IMG/VR virus record: IMGVR_UViG_3300031787_000005
Origin: a virus
DNA: 64,000 nucleotides
Strand: one strand, 5' to 3'
The notes under the pieces were generated by a model, which saw only the letters and a program-made list of their open reading frames with translations, did not search any database and was not told the DNA's origin. Positions 36,675 through 47,367 of the stretch are shown here, in pieces (position 1 is the first letter of the stretch; the number at the start of each line of letters is the position of its first letter). The translations under genes and the position numbers were made by a program.

Positions 36675-37850
36675 TCAGGCAGGAGGAAGTTTTACTGGAT
36701 TTGGTCCAGTCATACGATCATAGATTTTTTGTGCTCTAGGGTCCTTTAACTTTTGTCCTTTGTCCCAAGTTGCTTTTTGTGCTGTATTCATTGGAACTTC
36801 TTGCTCAAGAATAGACTGAACCATCTCCTCATTCATTTGAGACATGACATATAGTGCTTCAGCATTAGTATCGGCATGTCCATTGGTGATGAGATATTCA
36901 AGAACTAAATCCCAATTATCCATTTCATAATGTGCCTTTTGAACGGGAAGAGATGCTCCCGAACCACCCATCCTCTTAATCGCAGCACCAGCAGCACCTG
37001 ACTCTGGACCAGAAGTTCTATCTCTTAATTCAGTTGCTTTATTAATTTTTTGCTGCTGTCTATGTCCTGCTGGATTAATATCAAAACTTGCCTCATCAAC
37101 CATTTTACCTTCTGGTTCAAAAGAATTTCTCAGACTATCAATTGCTTTCTGAGTCTGTTGATTTCTCTGTTGTAGTTTACCAGCAACGCCTTTTGCTTTA
37201 TCATAAACTTGTTTGCCAGCAAGAGCTGTCCCAGCAGCAAGAGCTGCTCTAACGCCAAGACCTACTAGTGGTGCCATCTCATCAACTTGCTGAACATCTT
37301 CACCAAGTCTTGAAGCGGCTCCTGCTGCCTTCTGAGCGACCTTTCCAACCGCCCCTGCTGCCTTACGGAGACCCTTTCCAATCAGACTCTTAACACCACT
37401 CTTGACTTGCTCTTTCTTCTTCTGAGCGCCGTAGGAGATCTTGTGAGTGGCAGTTCTTGCTGCTCTTCTAGCGGTGTCCTTAGCGACTGAGGCAGCGATA
37501 CTAGCACCTGCAGCTGCACCTGCTGCCTTTGCCTTAGCGCGTCCTACAGCGGTCTTTACTGCTGCTTTACGGGCTGCTGCTTTCTTTTCACCAACCTTAG
37601 TCTTTGCTCTTTCACGTCTTTGCTCTGGGCTTTCAGTATCACTACCATAAGTGACTTTTGCCTCATCGATGAATAAAAACGCTGCGTTCTCTACAGCAGT
37701 GGCTGCCTCATCAAGAGTGTATCCAAACTCCACACACTCTTCAACAAGTTCTTCTACGATCTCTTCAATCATTTCACATGAGATTCCATCTGCTTCTTCA
37801 TAGATGTCTTGATAAGAATCATATAATGCTTTTAAATCAGATCCTAACAT
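36675..37850 (-). CDS. Late modular A/K/E-rich hypothetical protein (possible internal head protein)
   Basis: TATAAATA at 37878-37885; alternating acidic and Ala/Lys-rich blocks. Confidence 0.7.
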   Translation of the reverse strand: MLGSDLKALYDSYQDIYEEADGISCEMIEEIVEELVEECVEFGYTLDEAATAVENAAFLFIDEAKVTYGSDTESPEQRRERAKTKVGEKKAAARKAAVKTAVGRAKAKAAGAAAGASIAASVAKDTARRAARTATHKISYGAQKKKEQVKSGVKSLIGKGLRKAAGAVGKVAQKAAGAASRLGEDVQQVDEMAPLVGLGVRAALAAGTALAGKQVYDKAKGVAGKLQQRNQQTQKAIDSLRNSFEPEGKMVDEASFDINPAGHRQQQKINKATELRDRTSGPESGAAGAAIKRMGGSGASLPVQKAHYEMDNWDLVLEYLITNGHADTNAEALYVMSQMNEEMVQSILEQEVPMNTAQKATWDKGQKLKDPRAQKIYDRMTGPNPVKLPPA

Positions 37851-37907
37851 TTTTATACTTACAGGAATTCCTGTGAATATTTATAAAAAAAGAGGGTCCA
37901 AAGACCC

Positions 37908-38069
37908 TCATTTCACATCATCATTACATTTACCCAACCATTCTTTTTTGTAATCATAATCACCAAACAAGTATTCATCACATTCTGCTGCTTCCTGGTA
38001 TGCGTTCAGGATTGCCTGTTCGCACCATTCATCATAGTTGGAATCCTGAGAAAGTATCTTTGGTAACAT
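37908..38069 (-). CDS. Small acidic hypothetical protein after nrdB (MLPKILSQDSNYDEWCEQ...)
   Basis: Manual translation, 53 aa. Confidence 0.55.
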   Translation of the reverse strand: MLPKILSQDSNYDEWCEQAILNAYQEAAECDEYLFGDYDYKKEWLGKCNDDVK

Positions 38070-39216
38070 CTTGTTTAATCCCCCCTACAATGTATGATTC
38101 AACTTCCGTTTCCTGTGGTGCCACTTGGAGACCCTTGGAGGAAATCCAGTGCTCAGTCCAGGGGAGTGGATTATTCTTCGCAGGGATATCATAAAGTGGT
38201 TTCAGTCCAATCGCCTTCATTCTACGATTCGCAATCCATTCGACATATTGTTGTAGCAATTTGTCATTCAGACCGATCATAGAACCATCCTTAAACAGAT
38301 ACTCTGCCCAAAGTTTTTCTTGATTTACAGCGTTCTCAAAAGTTTTATAGAACCATTGATCCTCTTCCTTGGCAATTTGCGCCATCTCAGGATCATCACC
38401 TTCCTTCCACTTATTAAGAATATTTTGAGTGATAACCAGATGCTGATTTTCATCACGGGCAATCAGTGAGATGATCTTTGCACTTCCCTCCATAAGCTTG
38501 AGTTCGCCAAATGCAAAACTACAAGCGAAGCTGACGTAAAAGCGAATACCTTCAAGAATATTAACGTTTGCAACTGCTCTGAAAAGTTTTCTTTTGAGTT
38601 CATACCTTGCTTCTTTTGCGTAGGGTACTTGTTCCAAAGCATGGACCCACTCATTTGAATTATCGTAGTGATGAGCACTATTGATGAAATCGTTATATGC
38701 CTGAGTGACACTCACGGCACGTTCCATAATGCGGTCTTCTCTGAGAATAGTATCAAAAACTTCAGATGGGTCTGAGTAAACATTCTTGATGATATAAGTG
38801 TATGAACGGGAATGGATCATCTCCATAAACTCCCATACCTTCATACAAGCTTCCAGTTCAGGAAGTGAGCAATATGGTGCAAATGCCATACCAGGACCAC
38901 GACCCTGAACTGAGTCCAACATTACCTGATACTTCAGGTTGCTGGTGAAGATGTGTTTTTGCTCTGGGCGTAGCATATGATAATCGCTACGATCTTTTTG
39001 AAGAGATACCTCTTCGGGTCTCCAGAAATAACCCAGTTGCTGTGTTGTTAGTTTATCGAATATTGGATACTTGTAAGAGTCATATCTTTGAATTCCTAGT
39101 GGTTGTCCAAAAAACATTGGTTGCTTTTTGGTGTCTACCTCATTGGAATTAAAAACGGTCATCGATTCGACCATTTTTTTATCCTCCAAACCTGTTTTAA
39201 ATCTTACAAGACTCAC
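38032..39216 (-). CDS. nrdB: Ribonucleotide reductase class Ia beta subunit
   Basis: FWRPEEVSL, EMIHSRSY, LEGIRFYVSF, RDENQH, QETEVESY. Confidence 0.97.
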   Translation of the reverse strand: MSLVRFKTGLEDKKMVESMTVFNSNEVDTKKQPMFFGQPLGIQRYDSYKYPIFDKLTTQQLGYFWRPEEVSLQKDRSDYHMLRPEQKHIFTSNLKYQVMLDSVQGRGPGMAFAPYCSLPELEACMKVWEFMEMIHSRSYTYIIKNVYSDPSEVFDTILREDRIMERAVSVTQAYNDFINSAHHYDNSNEWVHALEQVPYAKEARYELKRKLFRAVANVNILEGIRFYVSFACSFAFGELKLMEGSAKIISLIARDENQHLVITQNILNKWKEGDDPEMAQIAKEEDQWFYKTFENAVNQEKLWAEYLFKDGSMIGLNDKLLQQYVEWIANRRMKAIGLKPLYDIPAKNNPLPWTEHWISSKGLQVAPQETEVESYIVGGIKQDVTKDTFSGFQL

Positions 39217-41494
39217 AATCTTCCTCCTCTGATTCTAGAATATCGGAAACTAAATTTTCAAGAGACTGACGGGTTTCTTCAACCTCATCATTCTTCATGT
39301 CGTGTGTATTTTGATAGTAGCTGGTTTTCCAACCGTACTTATATGTAGTCAAAAGGTCCTGTGCCATCACTGAAGTAGGAACTTCATTATCTGGGTAATG
39401 CTCTGGATTATAGGACCAGTTTCCAGAAATCGCTTGATCGAAGAATTTTTGCATAACAGCAACAATATGAATATACCCGCGATTGCTAGGCATATCCCAG
39501 AGCAGCGTATAATTGTTCTTAAGTGTTTGATACTGGGGAACAATCTGCTTGAGTGGACCTTTCTTGGACTTCTTAATGGACAAGTATCCGCGAGGTGGTT
39601 CGATTCCGTTGGTTGCGTTTGACACAACGGAACTGCTCTCCGATGGCATCTGTGCGGACAATGTTGAGTTCCGTACCCCGTATTGTAGAACCTGTGCTCT
39701 AAGAGACTCCCAATCATACTTCAATTCGTTTGGAACGATTTCATCCACATCCTTCTTGTATGTATCAATCGGCAGAATCCCCTGTCCATACTTGGTACGA
39801 TGTGAATATTCACATGCACCTTTTTCCTTAGCAAGATTGACCGTTGCCTGAATCAAATAATATTGGAATGCTTCTGTGAGATCGTGTACCAGTTTCCAGG
39901 CACCAGGATCATCGTAATGCTCGCCGTGCTTGGCGAGATAGTGTGCCAAACCAATAAACCCTACCCCAAGTGAACGACGCGCCCTGGTGGCGATTTCTGC
40001 TGCTCTGACGGGGTATCCTTGAAAATCAATGAGTTCATCAAGACTCCTAACAGCAAGATCGCAAAGAACTTGAAGATCCTCAAGCTCCCTAACTTTACCA
40101 ACATTAATAGCAGAAAGAATGCAAAGAGCAATTTCACCATCAGTATCATCAATATGCTGCAAAGGTTTGGTTGGTAGAGTAATCTCTTGGCACAAATTGC
40201 TCATCTCAACTTTATCTAGGAAGGAAGAATGGGAATTGCAATGGTCAATGTTCATAATGTAGAGACGACCAGTTTCGGCACGTTCTTTCAGGAGTGAAAG
40301 AAATAGTTCTTGAGCTGCGATAGTTTTTCTTGGAATAGACTCATCTCGTTCATAACGAACATACAACTCGTCAAATCCATCAGTACCAAAAGCATCATAC
40401 AGACCAGGAACGGAGTGAGGAGAGAAGAGTGAGATTTCTCCGTTTTGAATGAATCGTTCATAGAAGAGTTTGCTAGTTTGAATAGAGTAATCTAGTTTAC
40501 GGACACGATTATCTTCAGTTCCTTTGTTGTTCTTTAGAACAAGGATGTCTTCTATTTCTTGGTGCCAGATAGGAAAGTGGACTGTAGCTGAACCACCTCT
40601 GATCCCGTTTTGAGTGCAGCATCGTACAGTTGCCTCAAACTTTTTAAGGAAGGGGACAACGCCTGTGTGTTGTACTTCTCCACCACGGATTTTGCTGTTG
40701 ATGCCACGGATGCGACCTGCATTGATACCGATACCCGCCCTTTGTGCAACATATCTGCCAATAGCCATATCGCTAGTAAAGATACTATCGAGGGTGTCAT
40801 CAACATCAACAAGGACACAGCTAGCGTATTGTCTAAGTGGCGTTCGCACTCCTGCCATGATGGGGGTCGGAATGTTGATTTTGTGCTTTGAGATTGCATC
40901 GTAATACCTTCTAACGTAGTCTAAACGTGTTTCCTTAGGATACTTGGAGAAGATGGTTGCCGCAATCAAAAGGTACATAAATTGTGGCGTTTCGTAAAGT
41001 GCCCCAGTGCTTCTATCCTGCACAAGATACTTATCAACGACTTGACGTAGACCTGCATAAGTGAACAGATAGTCACGGCTATGATCAACAAACGACTCAA
41101 GTTTATCAAACTCTTCATCAGAATACATTGTCAGAATCTCAGAGTCATAGACACCCCTACCAACACAACGCTCTACATGCTGCTTGACGGTAGGGCATTC
41201 ATGCATTCTACCAAACAACTGCTTACGAAGGGCAAACAGCAGCAGACGGGCAGCAACGAACTGATAATTTGGGTGGTCCAGGTCAATCAGGTCAGAAGCA
41301 GAACGAATCAAAATCTCCTGAATCTCTGCGGTAGTAATTCCATCATAAAATTGGATACCAGACTGCATCTCAACCTGTGATGCAGATACATTTGCGAGGT
41401 CCTTACACGCCTCTTCCACCATAACATGGAGTTTGTTTAAATCAAGGGGTTCAGTTTTACCATTTCTCTTAACGACTTTCGTTCCGTTGCTCAT
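39197..41494 (-). CDS. nrdA: Ribonucleotide reductase class Ia alpha subunit
   Basis: ATP-cone, ASCVL, SNLCQEI, MPSESSS, KTSYY. Confidence 0.98.
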   Translation of the reverse strand: MSNGTKVVKRNGKTEPLDLNKLHVMVEEACKDLANVSASQVEMQSGIQFYDGITTAEIQEILIRSASDLIDLDHPNYQFVAARLLLFALRKQLFGRMHECPTVKQHVERCVGRGVYDSEILTMYSDEEFDKLESFVDHSRDYLFTYAGLRQVVDKYLVQDRSTGALYETPQFMYLLIAATIFSKYPKETRLDYVRRYYDAISKHKINIPTPIMAGVRTPLRQYASCVLVDVDDTLDSIFTSDMAIGRYVAQRAGIGINAGRIRGINSKIRGGEVQHTGVVPFLKKFEATVRCCTQNGIRGGSATVHFPIWHQEIEDILVLKNNKGTEDNRVRKLDYSIQTSKLFYERFIQNGEISLFSPHSVPGLYDAFGTDGFDELYVRYERDESIPRKTIAAQELFLSLLKERAETGRLYIMNIDHCNSHSSFLDKVEMSNLCQEITLPTKPLQHIDDTDGEIALCILSAINVGKVRELEDLQVLCDLAVRSLDELIDFQGYPVRAAEIATRARRSLGVGFIGLAHYLAKHGEHYDDPGAWKLVHDLTEAFQYYLIQATVNLAKEKGACEYSHRTKYGQGILPIDTYKKDVDEIVPNELKYDWESLRAQVLQYGVRNSTLSAQMPSESSSVVSNATNGIEPPRGYLSIKKSKKGPLKQIVPQYQTLKNNYTLLWDMPSNRGYIHIVAVMQKFFDQAISGNWSYNPEHYPDNEVPTSVMAQDLLTTYKYGWKTSYYQNTHDMKNDEVEETRQSLENLVSDILESEEEDCESCKI

Positions 41495-42462
41495 ATTTTT
41501 TTCCAGTTGTTAAACTTAATTTTCGCTTCTAAAGCTGAGTAGGTATTTGATTTTAACACATCCATAACATTATGTCCAGCGAGCACCATATCATTGATAT
41601 CTTTTTGCTCAATGGATGTTGGCCAAATAATCACCTTGTCGCCTCTATTGATGGTTTTTTCGATTCGGTTGACGATTTCTCGATTGCGAGGTTCGTTATC
41701 AAAAACGTAAATATAATCGTCCCAACCAAACGACCCAATATCAACGTCGGACCCACACATAGCAACAGCATTTTGTACAAACGTGGAGTCGAAGGGTCCC
41801 TCAACAATGTAAATGGGTTTCGAAGAATCCACTTGGTCAAGACCATAAATCTTCGGGGCATCATCAGAAAGCATCACAGTGATATATTTAACAGAGTTAG
41901 GTCCTAGTGCTCTTCCCTGGAAACCAATCAAGTTACTTTCAGTATCATACATTGGTATAATAATGCGACTCTCATCCCTACCAATAGTGTCGAACGTAAC
42001 TTTTTGAGTGTTTGTCCACTCCTTAAAATTGTTAGCAAAATAAAACTTTTCGGGATCAAGTCGTCTTTTTTCCAAATAGTTTTTTGCTATTTCTACTTCT
42101 GATGCTTTTGGTAATTCCAGTTTCTTTTTAAAGACGGGTTTAGTAAATTCAAATTTAGGTTCTTCTACAACGAAGTTCTTACCCGTATGTCCTTCTTTAA
42201 ACTTCTCCATCGTGTACTGCTTGTATAGTACGGTATCAATCTCTTTAAGGAAATTATTAAAAGACATACTAGCACCACAATTGTGACACTTGAAGTTGGT
42301 ATTGTTCTTTACGGGATACAAATATCCCCTCGTCTTGTTCTTGTTCTTCTGGGAGTCTCCACAAATAGGGCAGCGGAAGTTGTAGAGATCCGACTTAACC
42401 CTCTTAAATTTTTGCAAGCGTGATGAAACGAGTCCAATATACTTGGAGTCAACAAAATCCAT
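41491..42462 (-). CDS. gp61: DNA primase (T4 gp61-like)
   Basis: CPICGDS...CHNC zinc finger; VEGPFDS and FDNE Toprim motifs. Confidence 0.95.
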   Translation of the reverse strand: MDFVDSKYIGLVSSRLQKFKRVKSDLYNFRCPICGDSQKNKNKTRGYLYPVKNNTNFKCHNCGASMSFNNFLKEIDTVLYKQYTMEKFKEGHTGKNFVVEEPKFEFTKPVFKKKLELPKASEVEIAKNYLEKRRLDPEKFYFANNFKEWTNTQKVTFDTIGRDESRIIIPMYDTESNLIGFQGRALGPNSVKYITVMLSDDAPKIYGLDQVDSSKPIYIVEGPFDSTFVQNAVAMCGSDVDIGSFGWDDYIYVFDNEPRNREIVNRIEKTINRGDKVIIWPTSIEQKDINDMVLAGHNVMDVLKSNTYSALEAKIKFNNWKKI

Positions 42463-42471
42463 TATGAAAGA

Positions 42472-42885
42472 TTACTTTGCTCTTTCTATTGTAATCTGGG
42501 ATGACCTAGAAGTCAAGACATTGGGTAACCAAGATCCAGCAAGTGTAACTACAATAACTACAACAGCAAGAACACCACCAACTTGCCATCTAAACTTTAA
42601 AAGATTGTCAATATTTTCTTCTATCTTATTAAATCTTTCTGCCATTTCATCATGCTCTACCTGATTATCCTTTTTGATTTCATCAATCATTCGAATGAGG
42701 AGTTCATCAGTTTTCATACTTTGTTCAATCCTCTCATCATGTTTTGCAAGAATCGTAGCGATGCGTGAATTACCTTCGGAAATCTTATCGACCGCTGATT
42801 CTAATTTTGATAACATTTCGCGGGATAGATCTTCATAAATACCGAGTTTAGATTCAAGAACCGCTAATTTTGATCCTGACAACAT
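42472..42885 (-). CDS. Coiled-coil membrane-anchored hypothetical protein
   Basis: ORF track, trimmed to MLSGSKLAVLE. Confidence 0.65.
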   Translation of the reverse strand: MLSGSKLAVLESKLGIYEDLSREMLSKLESAVDKISEGNSRIATILAKHDERIEQSMKTDELLIRMIDEIKKDNQVEHDEMAERFNKIEENIDNLLKFRWQVGGVLAVVVIVVTLAGSWLPNVLTSRSSQITIERAK

Positions 42886-42889
42886 TGTC

Positions 42890-43108
42890 CTACTGAGGTG
42901 GAGTTCTTCTTTGCAACCAGTTTTTACGAAATCCTTTTCCGTAAATATACTTCTTTCCTTTGCGGACTGGAGGATCATCACCAGACTCTTTAGTTCCAGC
43001 GATTTGACCTGCACCAAGATTCATTGTTGGTGCTTCTTCCTTTAAAGAACGAATAATACCAATAATTCTATCGATATCCATTAGATTGAATTTAGTTCGT
43101 TTAAACAA
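42890..43108 (-). CDS. Hypothetical protein
   Basis: ORF track. Confidence 0.55.
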   Translation of the reverse strand: MFKRTKFNLMDIDRIIGIIRSLKEEAPTMNLGAGQIAGTKESGDDPPVRKGKKYIYGKGFRKNWLQRRTPPQ

Positions 43109-43452
43109 TAGTGATCTTCAAGTATTCCATGAATTTCTGTTTTTGGATATTCAGGAATTCTATTTAAGAATAACAAGAAACTTTTTATAGGTGGCCAAAG
43201 ATTTTGCTCTAAATTATAAAAAAGCAAAGGAATTGCTGCATCATCAAATACATTAAAGAGAACTGTAAGATGATTTAGAATTAAATGAGTCTTCAATACA
43301 CCAGTATTTTTGTATCTTTTTAATAATCTCTTAATATACTTAATTCTTTTCAAGTCGTCCTCAAAATCTTCCATGGTCAAAGCATGAGGATTATTGTAAA
43401 ATTTTATAGCGAAGAGTAAATAATTACTCTCATTCAATTCATCAAATCTCAT
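43081..43452 (-). CDS. Conserved T4-like phage hypothetical protein
   Basis: LFAIKFYNNP...EDFEDDLKRIKYIKRL...LILNHL. Confidence 0.75.
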   Translation of the reverse strand: MRFDELNESNYLLFAIKFYNNPHALTMEDFEDDLKRIKYIKRLLKRYKNTGVLKTHLILNHLTVLFNVFDDAAIPLLFYNLEQNLWPPIKSFLLFLNRIPEYPKTEIHGILEDHYCLNELNSI

Positions 43453-43461
43453 ATCATATTA

Positions 43462-44025
43462 TCAGCTATCTGGGAATCTTGCGTCGTCAGCAGCATCTCC
43501 TGAACCAGTGGTGATTCCACTAAATGCAACTAGGGTTTCTGACTTAACTCTGAAGTTTCCATGATTGTCAACATAGGTTGTTACACCAACCCAACCAGCA
43601 TGAGTTACGCCATAAGCACCAACTTTAGATCCAACTGTCGTTGTACGTGCAATACCAGTTTCAATAGTATCTACACCAAACACTGCGGAGAATCTATTTA
43701 CTTTAACGTCAGGTGCGTTATATTGATGATCTTCAAGAGTATATTTTGGTTTTTGAGTTACAGTATATGCAGCACCAGCAATAGCACCATTCAATGGAAT
43801 CAAGAATTGTGTTGAACCAATTGAAAGTAAAGTTGCTGAGGTTACTCCAGTTACAACTGCTTGCCCATAAGTGGCTCCAGTTCCAACAACTAGAATATCT
43901 CCAGTAGAGATTCCAGCAGTTACAAAAGTTGTACCACTTCCAGTTACTGTTTTAGCAGAAAGATTAATTGTTATAGTTCCAGTAAGACCCGCGCTTAAAG
44001 AATCTTTATTGCCCCAAAGAGCCAT
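43462..44025 (-). CDS. Putative virion structural protein (MALWG type)
   Basis: TATAAATA late promoter at 44057-44064; HAGWV..T...G..RVKSETLVA. Confidence 0.7.
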   Translation of the reverse strand: MALWGNKDSLSAGLTGTITINLSAKTVTGSGTTFVTAGISTGDILVVGTGATYGQAVVTGVTSATLLSIGSTQFLIPLNGAIAGAAYTVTQKPKYTLEDHQYNAPDVKVNRFSAVFGVDTIETGIARTTTVGSKVGAYGVTHAGWVGVTTYVDNHGNFRVKSETLVAFSGITTGSGDAADDARFPDS

Positions 44026-44104
44026 GTTTCCTTACCTATAATTCTTTGTATACAGATATTTATAAAAAAAGGAGACCTTAAGTTTGGTCTCCTTCTATTT
44101 ATGT

Positions 44105-44284
44105 TCAAGGAGTAAGATCTTTTGCTCCCTTATCCTTCAAGACTTTTTGTGCCTGAAGAAGAACAAGTGAAAGAATTCCGTTTGATTTGACTTTTGGGTT
44201 TGCTCCCAATGCTTCTGAAACTGCAAGTGCAAGAGTCAGAAGTAAAGTTTGGTTAGCAAGACACCAAGCTACTAGAGCGGACAT
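44105..44284 (-). CDS. Small hydrophobic protein, 59 aa (MSALVAWCLANQ...)
   Basis: Manual translation; followed by a terminator at 44064-44094. Confidence 0.55.
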   Translation of the reverse strand: MSALVAWCLANQTLLLTLALAVSEALGANPKVKSNGILSLVLLQAQKVLKDKGAKDLTP

Positions 44285-44323
44285 AATAACCTCCGTGTGA
44301 AGAGTATCCTGTCCTATTTAGAA

Positions 44324-45865
44324 TCAGTCAAACCTCGAACTCATATTATCTTGTGCTCTCTTTTTAGCAGCACGAATCTTTGCTACTTTTTGAGCAGGTG
44401 ATGCAGGAGCACCATATTCACCAGCAGCAGGTGGTTTCTTACCAGGAACTTTTTTCTCACCTCTTGGTTTAACACCCATTCTACCAGTTCCCATAGATTT
44501 AGCAACTAATTCAAATGCTGGATTGCGTGGTTTTCTTGGAGTTCCTGCTACTTTATCTTCTTTTCTTCTCTCATCAATTACTTCACCCTCAGGCTCATAA
44601 TTCATCTTAAGTCCCATCGCTCTTAACTTATTCTTTGCAAGATTAAGTTTTGTTGGGATTTCTCTAGGATCCTCAACACCACCTTCACTCTTCTTGAGTT
44701 TTGGTTCTTTCTCATCTTCACAACCACATGCTTCTTCCTTCATCGCCTTATTCTTTGCTTTCCAAGCAGTTGCATAAGCGATTGACTTTTCTTTTTTGGT
44801 TAATCCACCATCAGCATATGATTTCTTAACATGCTTAACCATGCGCTCATACTTAGCACCAGGAGGAGCCTTTTCAATTAACTCTTCAGAATTTTCAACT
44901 TCTTCTTGAGAAAGTGGAATTCCTTTTTGAAGTTGCTGAAGTTTTGCCATCAGAGTCTTTTTCTGAAGAGCAACTGTCTGCTTATCTTGAGCAGCATCCT
45001 TTTTTTCAGCATCTGCTTTTTTATCTTCTTTCTTTTCTTCCTTTTCTTCTTTAATATTCTTCTCAGAATCTGGGAAGACTTTGATCAAACTTGAATTATT
45101 TACACCCTCTCCCGTCAACTTTTTTTCAGTCTTTTCCTCTTTCTTTTTTTCAATCAACTCGGCAAATCCATCTTGCCAATTGTAATCTTCTTTGCGAGTA
45201 GCAATTGCTTTACCAACTGCCTTGCGACGCTTCATCAGATACTTATCAGACTTATCATGATCACCATCATTGTCAACATCTTTGTCTTCCTGTCCAACAG
45301 GGTCTAATCCTTTACCTGCTTTTGCCTTTGCAGTTGAAGATCCTTTTGCCTTCTCAGACTTCGTTGGTTCTCCATATCCAGTCATCTCAACTGAAGAGAT
45401 ATTTGGATTAGCACGAAGTTCAGAGATCTTGGCACGGCTTGCCATTCTAACATAAGATTTGCCAGTTTTCTTATCGGTAACTCTTACTTTATATTTTGTT
45501 TCACCCGTTTCTTCAAGTTGAAGAAGATAATCATTTTGAACTTCTTCTACTTTTTCCTCAACTTTCCCAGATACAAATACATTATATAATGCAGATACAA
45601 CTGACTCTGTTGCAAGTTTCTTTGTATCAACAAGATCTTCACCGAGAAGCATTTGCTTTGCTCTTGCCTTTACTGCAGGGGGTGCAGGAGACTTTTGAAG
45701 TTGTGCAGCATACGCTTTTTTTACAGTGACAGGATCAGATTTGCCACCTGCCTTAGCAGCCATCGTCTGCTTTACTTTATAACGAGTATCATAAGCTAGC
45801 TGTCTTGCTTGCTTTTCAATTTTTTCCTTTGCTCCACCGGCAGGAGCTGCTGTAGGTTTATCCAT
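44324..45865 (-). CDS. Late K/E-rich modular hypothetical protein (possible internal head protein)
   Basis: CATAAATA upstream; DPVGQEDKDVDNDGDHDKSD motif; YEPEGEVIDE. Confidence 0.7.
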   Translation of the reverse strand: MDKPTAAPAGGAKEKIEKQARQLAYDTRYKVKQTMAAKAGGKSDPVTVKKAYAAQLQKSPAPPAVKARAKQMLLGEDLVDTKKLATESVVSALYNVFVSGKVEEKVEEVQNDYLLQLEETGETKYKVRVTDKKTGKSYVRMASRAKISELRANPNISSVEMTGYGEPTKSEKAKGSSTAKAKAGKGLDPVGQEDKDVDNDGDHDKSDKYLMKRRKAVGKAIATRKEDYNWQDGFAELIEKKKEEKTEKKLTGEGVNNSSLIKVFPDSEKNIKEEKEEKKEDKKADAEKKDAAQDKQTVALQKKTLMAKLQQLQKGIPLSQEEVENSEELIEKAPPGAKYERMVKHVKKSYADGGLTKKEKSIAYATAWKAKNKAMKEEACGCEDEKEPKLKKSEGGVEDPREIPTKLNLAKNKLRAMGLKMNYEPEGEVIDERRKEDKVAGTPRKPRNPAFELVAKSMGTGRMGVKPRGEKKVPGKKPPAAGEYGAPASPAQKVAKIRAAKKRAQDNMSSRFD

Positions 45866-45877
45866 TAGGAGATTTAA

Positions 45878-47143
45878 TTACTTATTCTTTCTATACTTAT
45901 TTATGAAATTCAATCCAAAATTGATTTGACCATATGCAAGATTCTCTTTTCCAAGTTCAGATCCTTTGGTTTGTTGTGCTGCATACTTCGTATAACCAGA
46001 AGTTCCAGCAAGAGTATTAGGTTTTCCAGGAAGTCTCATCTTCCTGTCCATTCTTTTTTCTTGATATGCTTCAGTCACATCTTTAATCCAAGACTTAAAC
46101 ATAATATGATCTTCGGTTACACAAATCAGATAGTTAGTTCCACGACGAATAATACGTCCAACCAAACCAGTATTCAGGTTTTCTACTAACTGACCAACTT
46201 GATAGATCTTCTCTTGAACGTAATTTTCACGAAGATTGATCCAATCAAACTTAGGTGCGATTTCCCAGAGACTCCAACCTTCTTTAATTTGCATCGCAGA
46301 ACGAAGAGTGTTATAAAGTTCTCTTGCCTGCTTTTCATTCATGGAAGCAGGAACACCCTTACGGAATGTTTTATAGTCCCCTTCTGCTGCTGCCTTTCTT
46401 TGCTTTGATGCAGACATTCCTGTTACATCATCATCAGAATCTGGATCCCTTTCTCCAGCAGAACGAACTTCTACATTATCAAACTGATAGAGTTTACCAT
46501 TATATCCACCCGTCAGTTTTTCAAATTCTTTGACACGATCTGCACCACCAATGATTCTTACATTTGCATAACCATCCATATGCGCTTTCTTAAGCACATC
46601 AAAGATAGTACGATTTGCAGCATCATTTACAATTCTCTCACTATGCTGAGGAAACATTTGTCTCATCACAGATACTTTTGTATCAGCATCAAGAGGATTC
46701 TTTTTCTTATCTTGACTGCGTGAAGGGACAATAACGTAATCTCCATCATCAGAGGACTTTGCAACAGTATCAAGAAGTTTTTCGTGTCCCGTCGTTGGTG
46801 GATTAAAGCGACCGAAAGCAATCGTCAGAGTTCCCTTAGTCTTTTCCACTTCAGGCGGAACCATTTCCACAGGTTGTTGTGCCTGGGGTTCCTGTTGCGG
46901 CGCAGGTTCCTGTGTTGGTTGAGATAAACTCTTTTCCTGATCAGTTTGTGCTGGGTCTTGCTGACCAACTCTTTGACGCTTATTATAAAACTTCAGTTGT
47001 CCTTTTTCAGTCTTTGCAACAAACTCACCAGTTTTTTTATCATACCACCCACCATGCCCATCACCAACTAATCCCATGCGTTGAGCTTGCTGAACCGCAG
47101 TTGATGCAGCTGCCTCGGATAAAAATTGGAAAAGATTTTTCAT
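45878..47143 (-). CDS. Cytidylyltransferase-like protein
   Basis: AFGRFNPPTTGHEKL (HxGH-type), KNPL, GADR, MSASK.R. Confidence 0.85.
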   Translation of the reverse strand: MKNLFQFLSEAAASTAVQQAQRMGLVGDGHGGWYDKKTGEFVAKTEKGQLKFYNKRQRVGQQDPAQTDQEKSLSQPTQEPAPQQEPQAQQPVEMVPPEVEKTKGTLTIAFGRFNPPTTGHEKLLDTVAKSSDDGDYVIVPSRSQDKKKNPLDADTKVSVMRQMFPQHSERIVNDAANRTIFDVLKKAHMDGYANVRIIGGADRVKEFEKLTGGYNGKLYQFDNVEVRSAGERDPDSDDDVTGMSASKQRKAAAEGDYKTFRKGVPASMNEKQARELYNTLRSAMQIKEGWSLWEIAPKFDWINLRENYVQEKIYQVGQLVENLNTGLVGRIIRRGTNYLICVTEDHIMFKSWIKDVTEAYQEKRMDRKMRLPGKPNTLAGTSGYTKYAAQQTKGSELGKENLAYGQINFGLNFINKYRKNK

Positions 47144-47367
47144 TACTTACAGATTTCAGTAGTTATCGCTCGTTCGTTTGCAACAATGTACCTGAGGACA
47201 CTATTCCTCATTTTCTTATATTTATTCATTTCCCTATCCGACTTACATAGGGAAATTTTTTTATCAAATGTCATGTAAATATGTGCCAGCAAATCATTGT
47301 ATCTCGCACCCCTAGTTTTAGATGGTGATTCAAATGATTGGATAATATCTTTTATTTGAGAATTCAT
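47143..47367 (-). CDS. Hypothetical protein
   Basis: ORF track. Confidence 0.65.
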   Translation of the reverse strand: MNSQIKDIIQSFESPSKTRGARYNDLLAHIYMTFDKKISLCKSDREMNKYKKMRNSVLRYIVANERAITTEICK

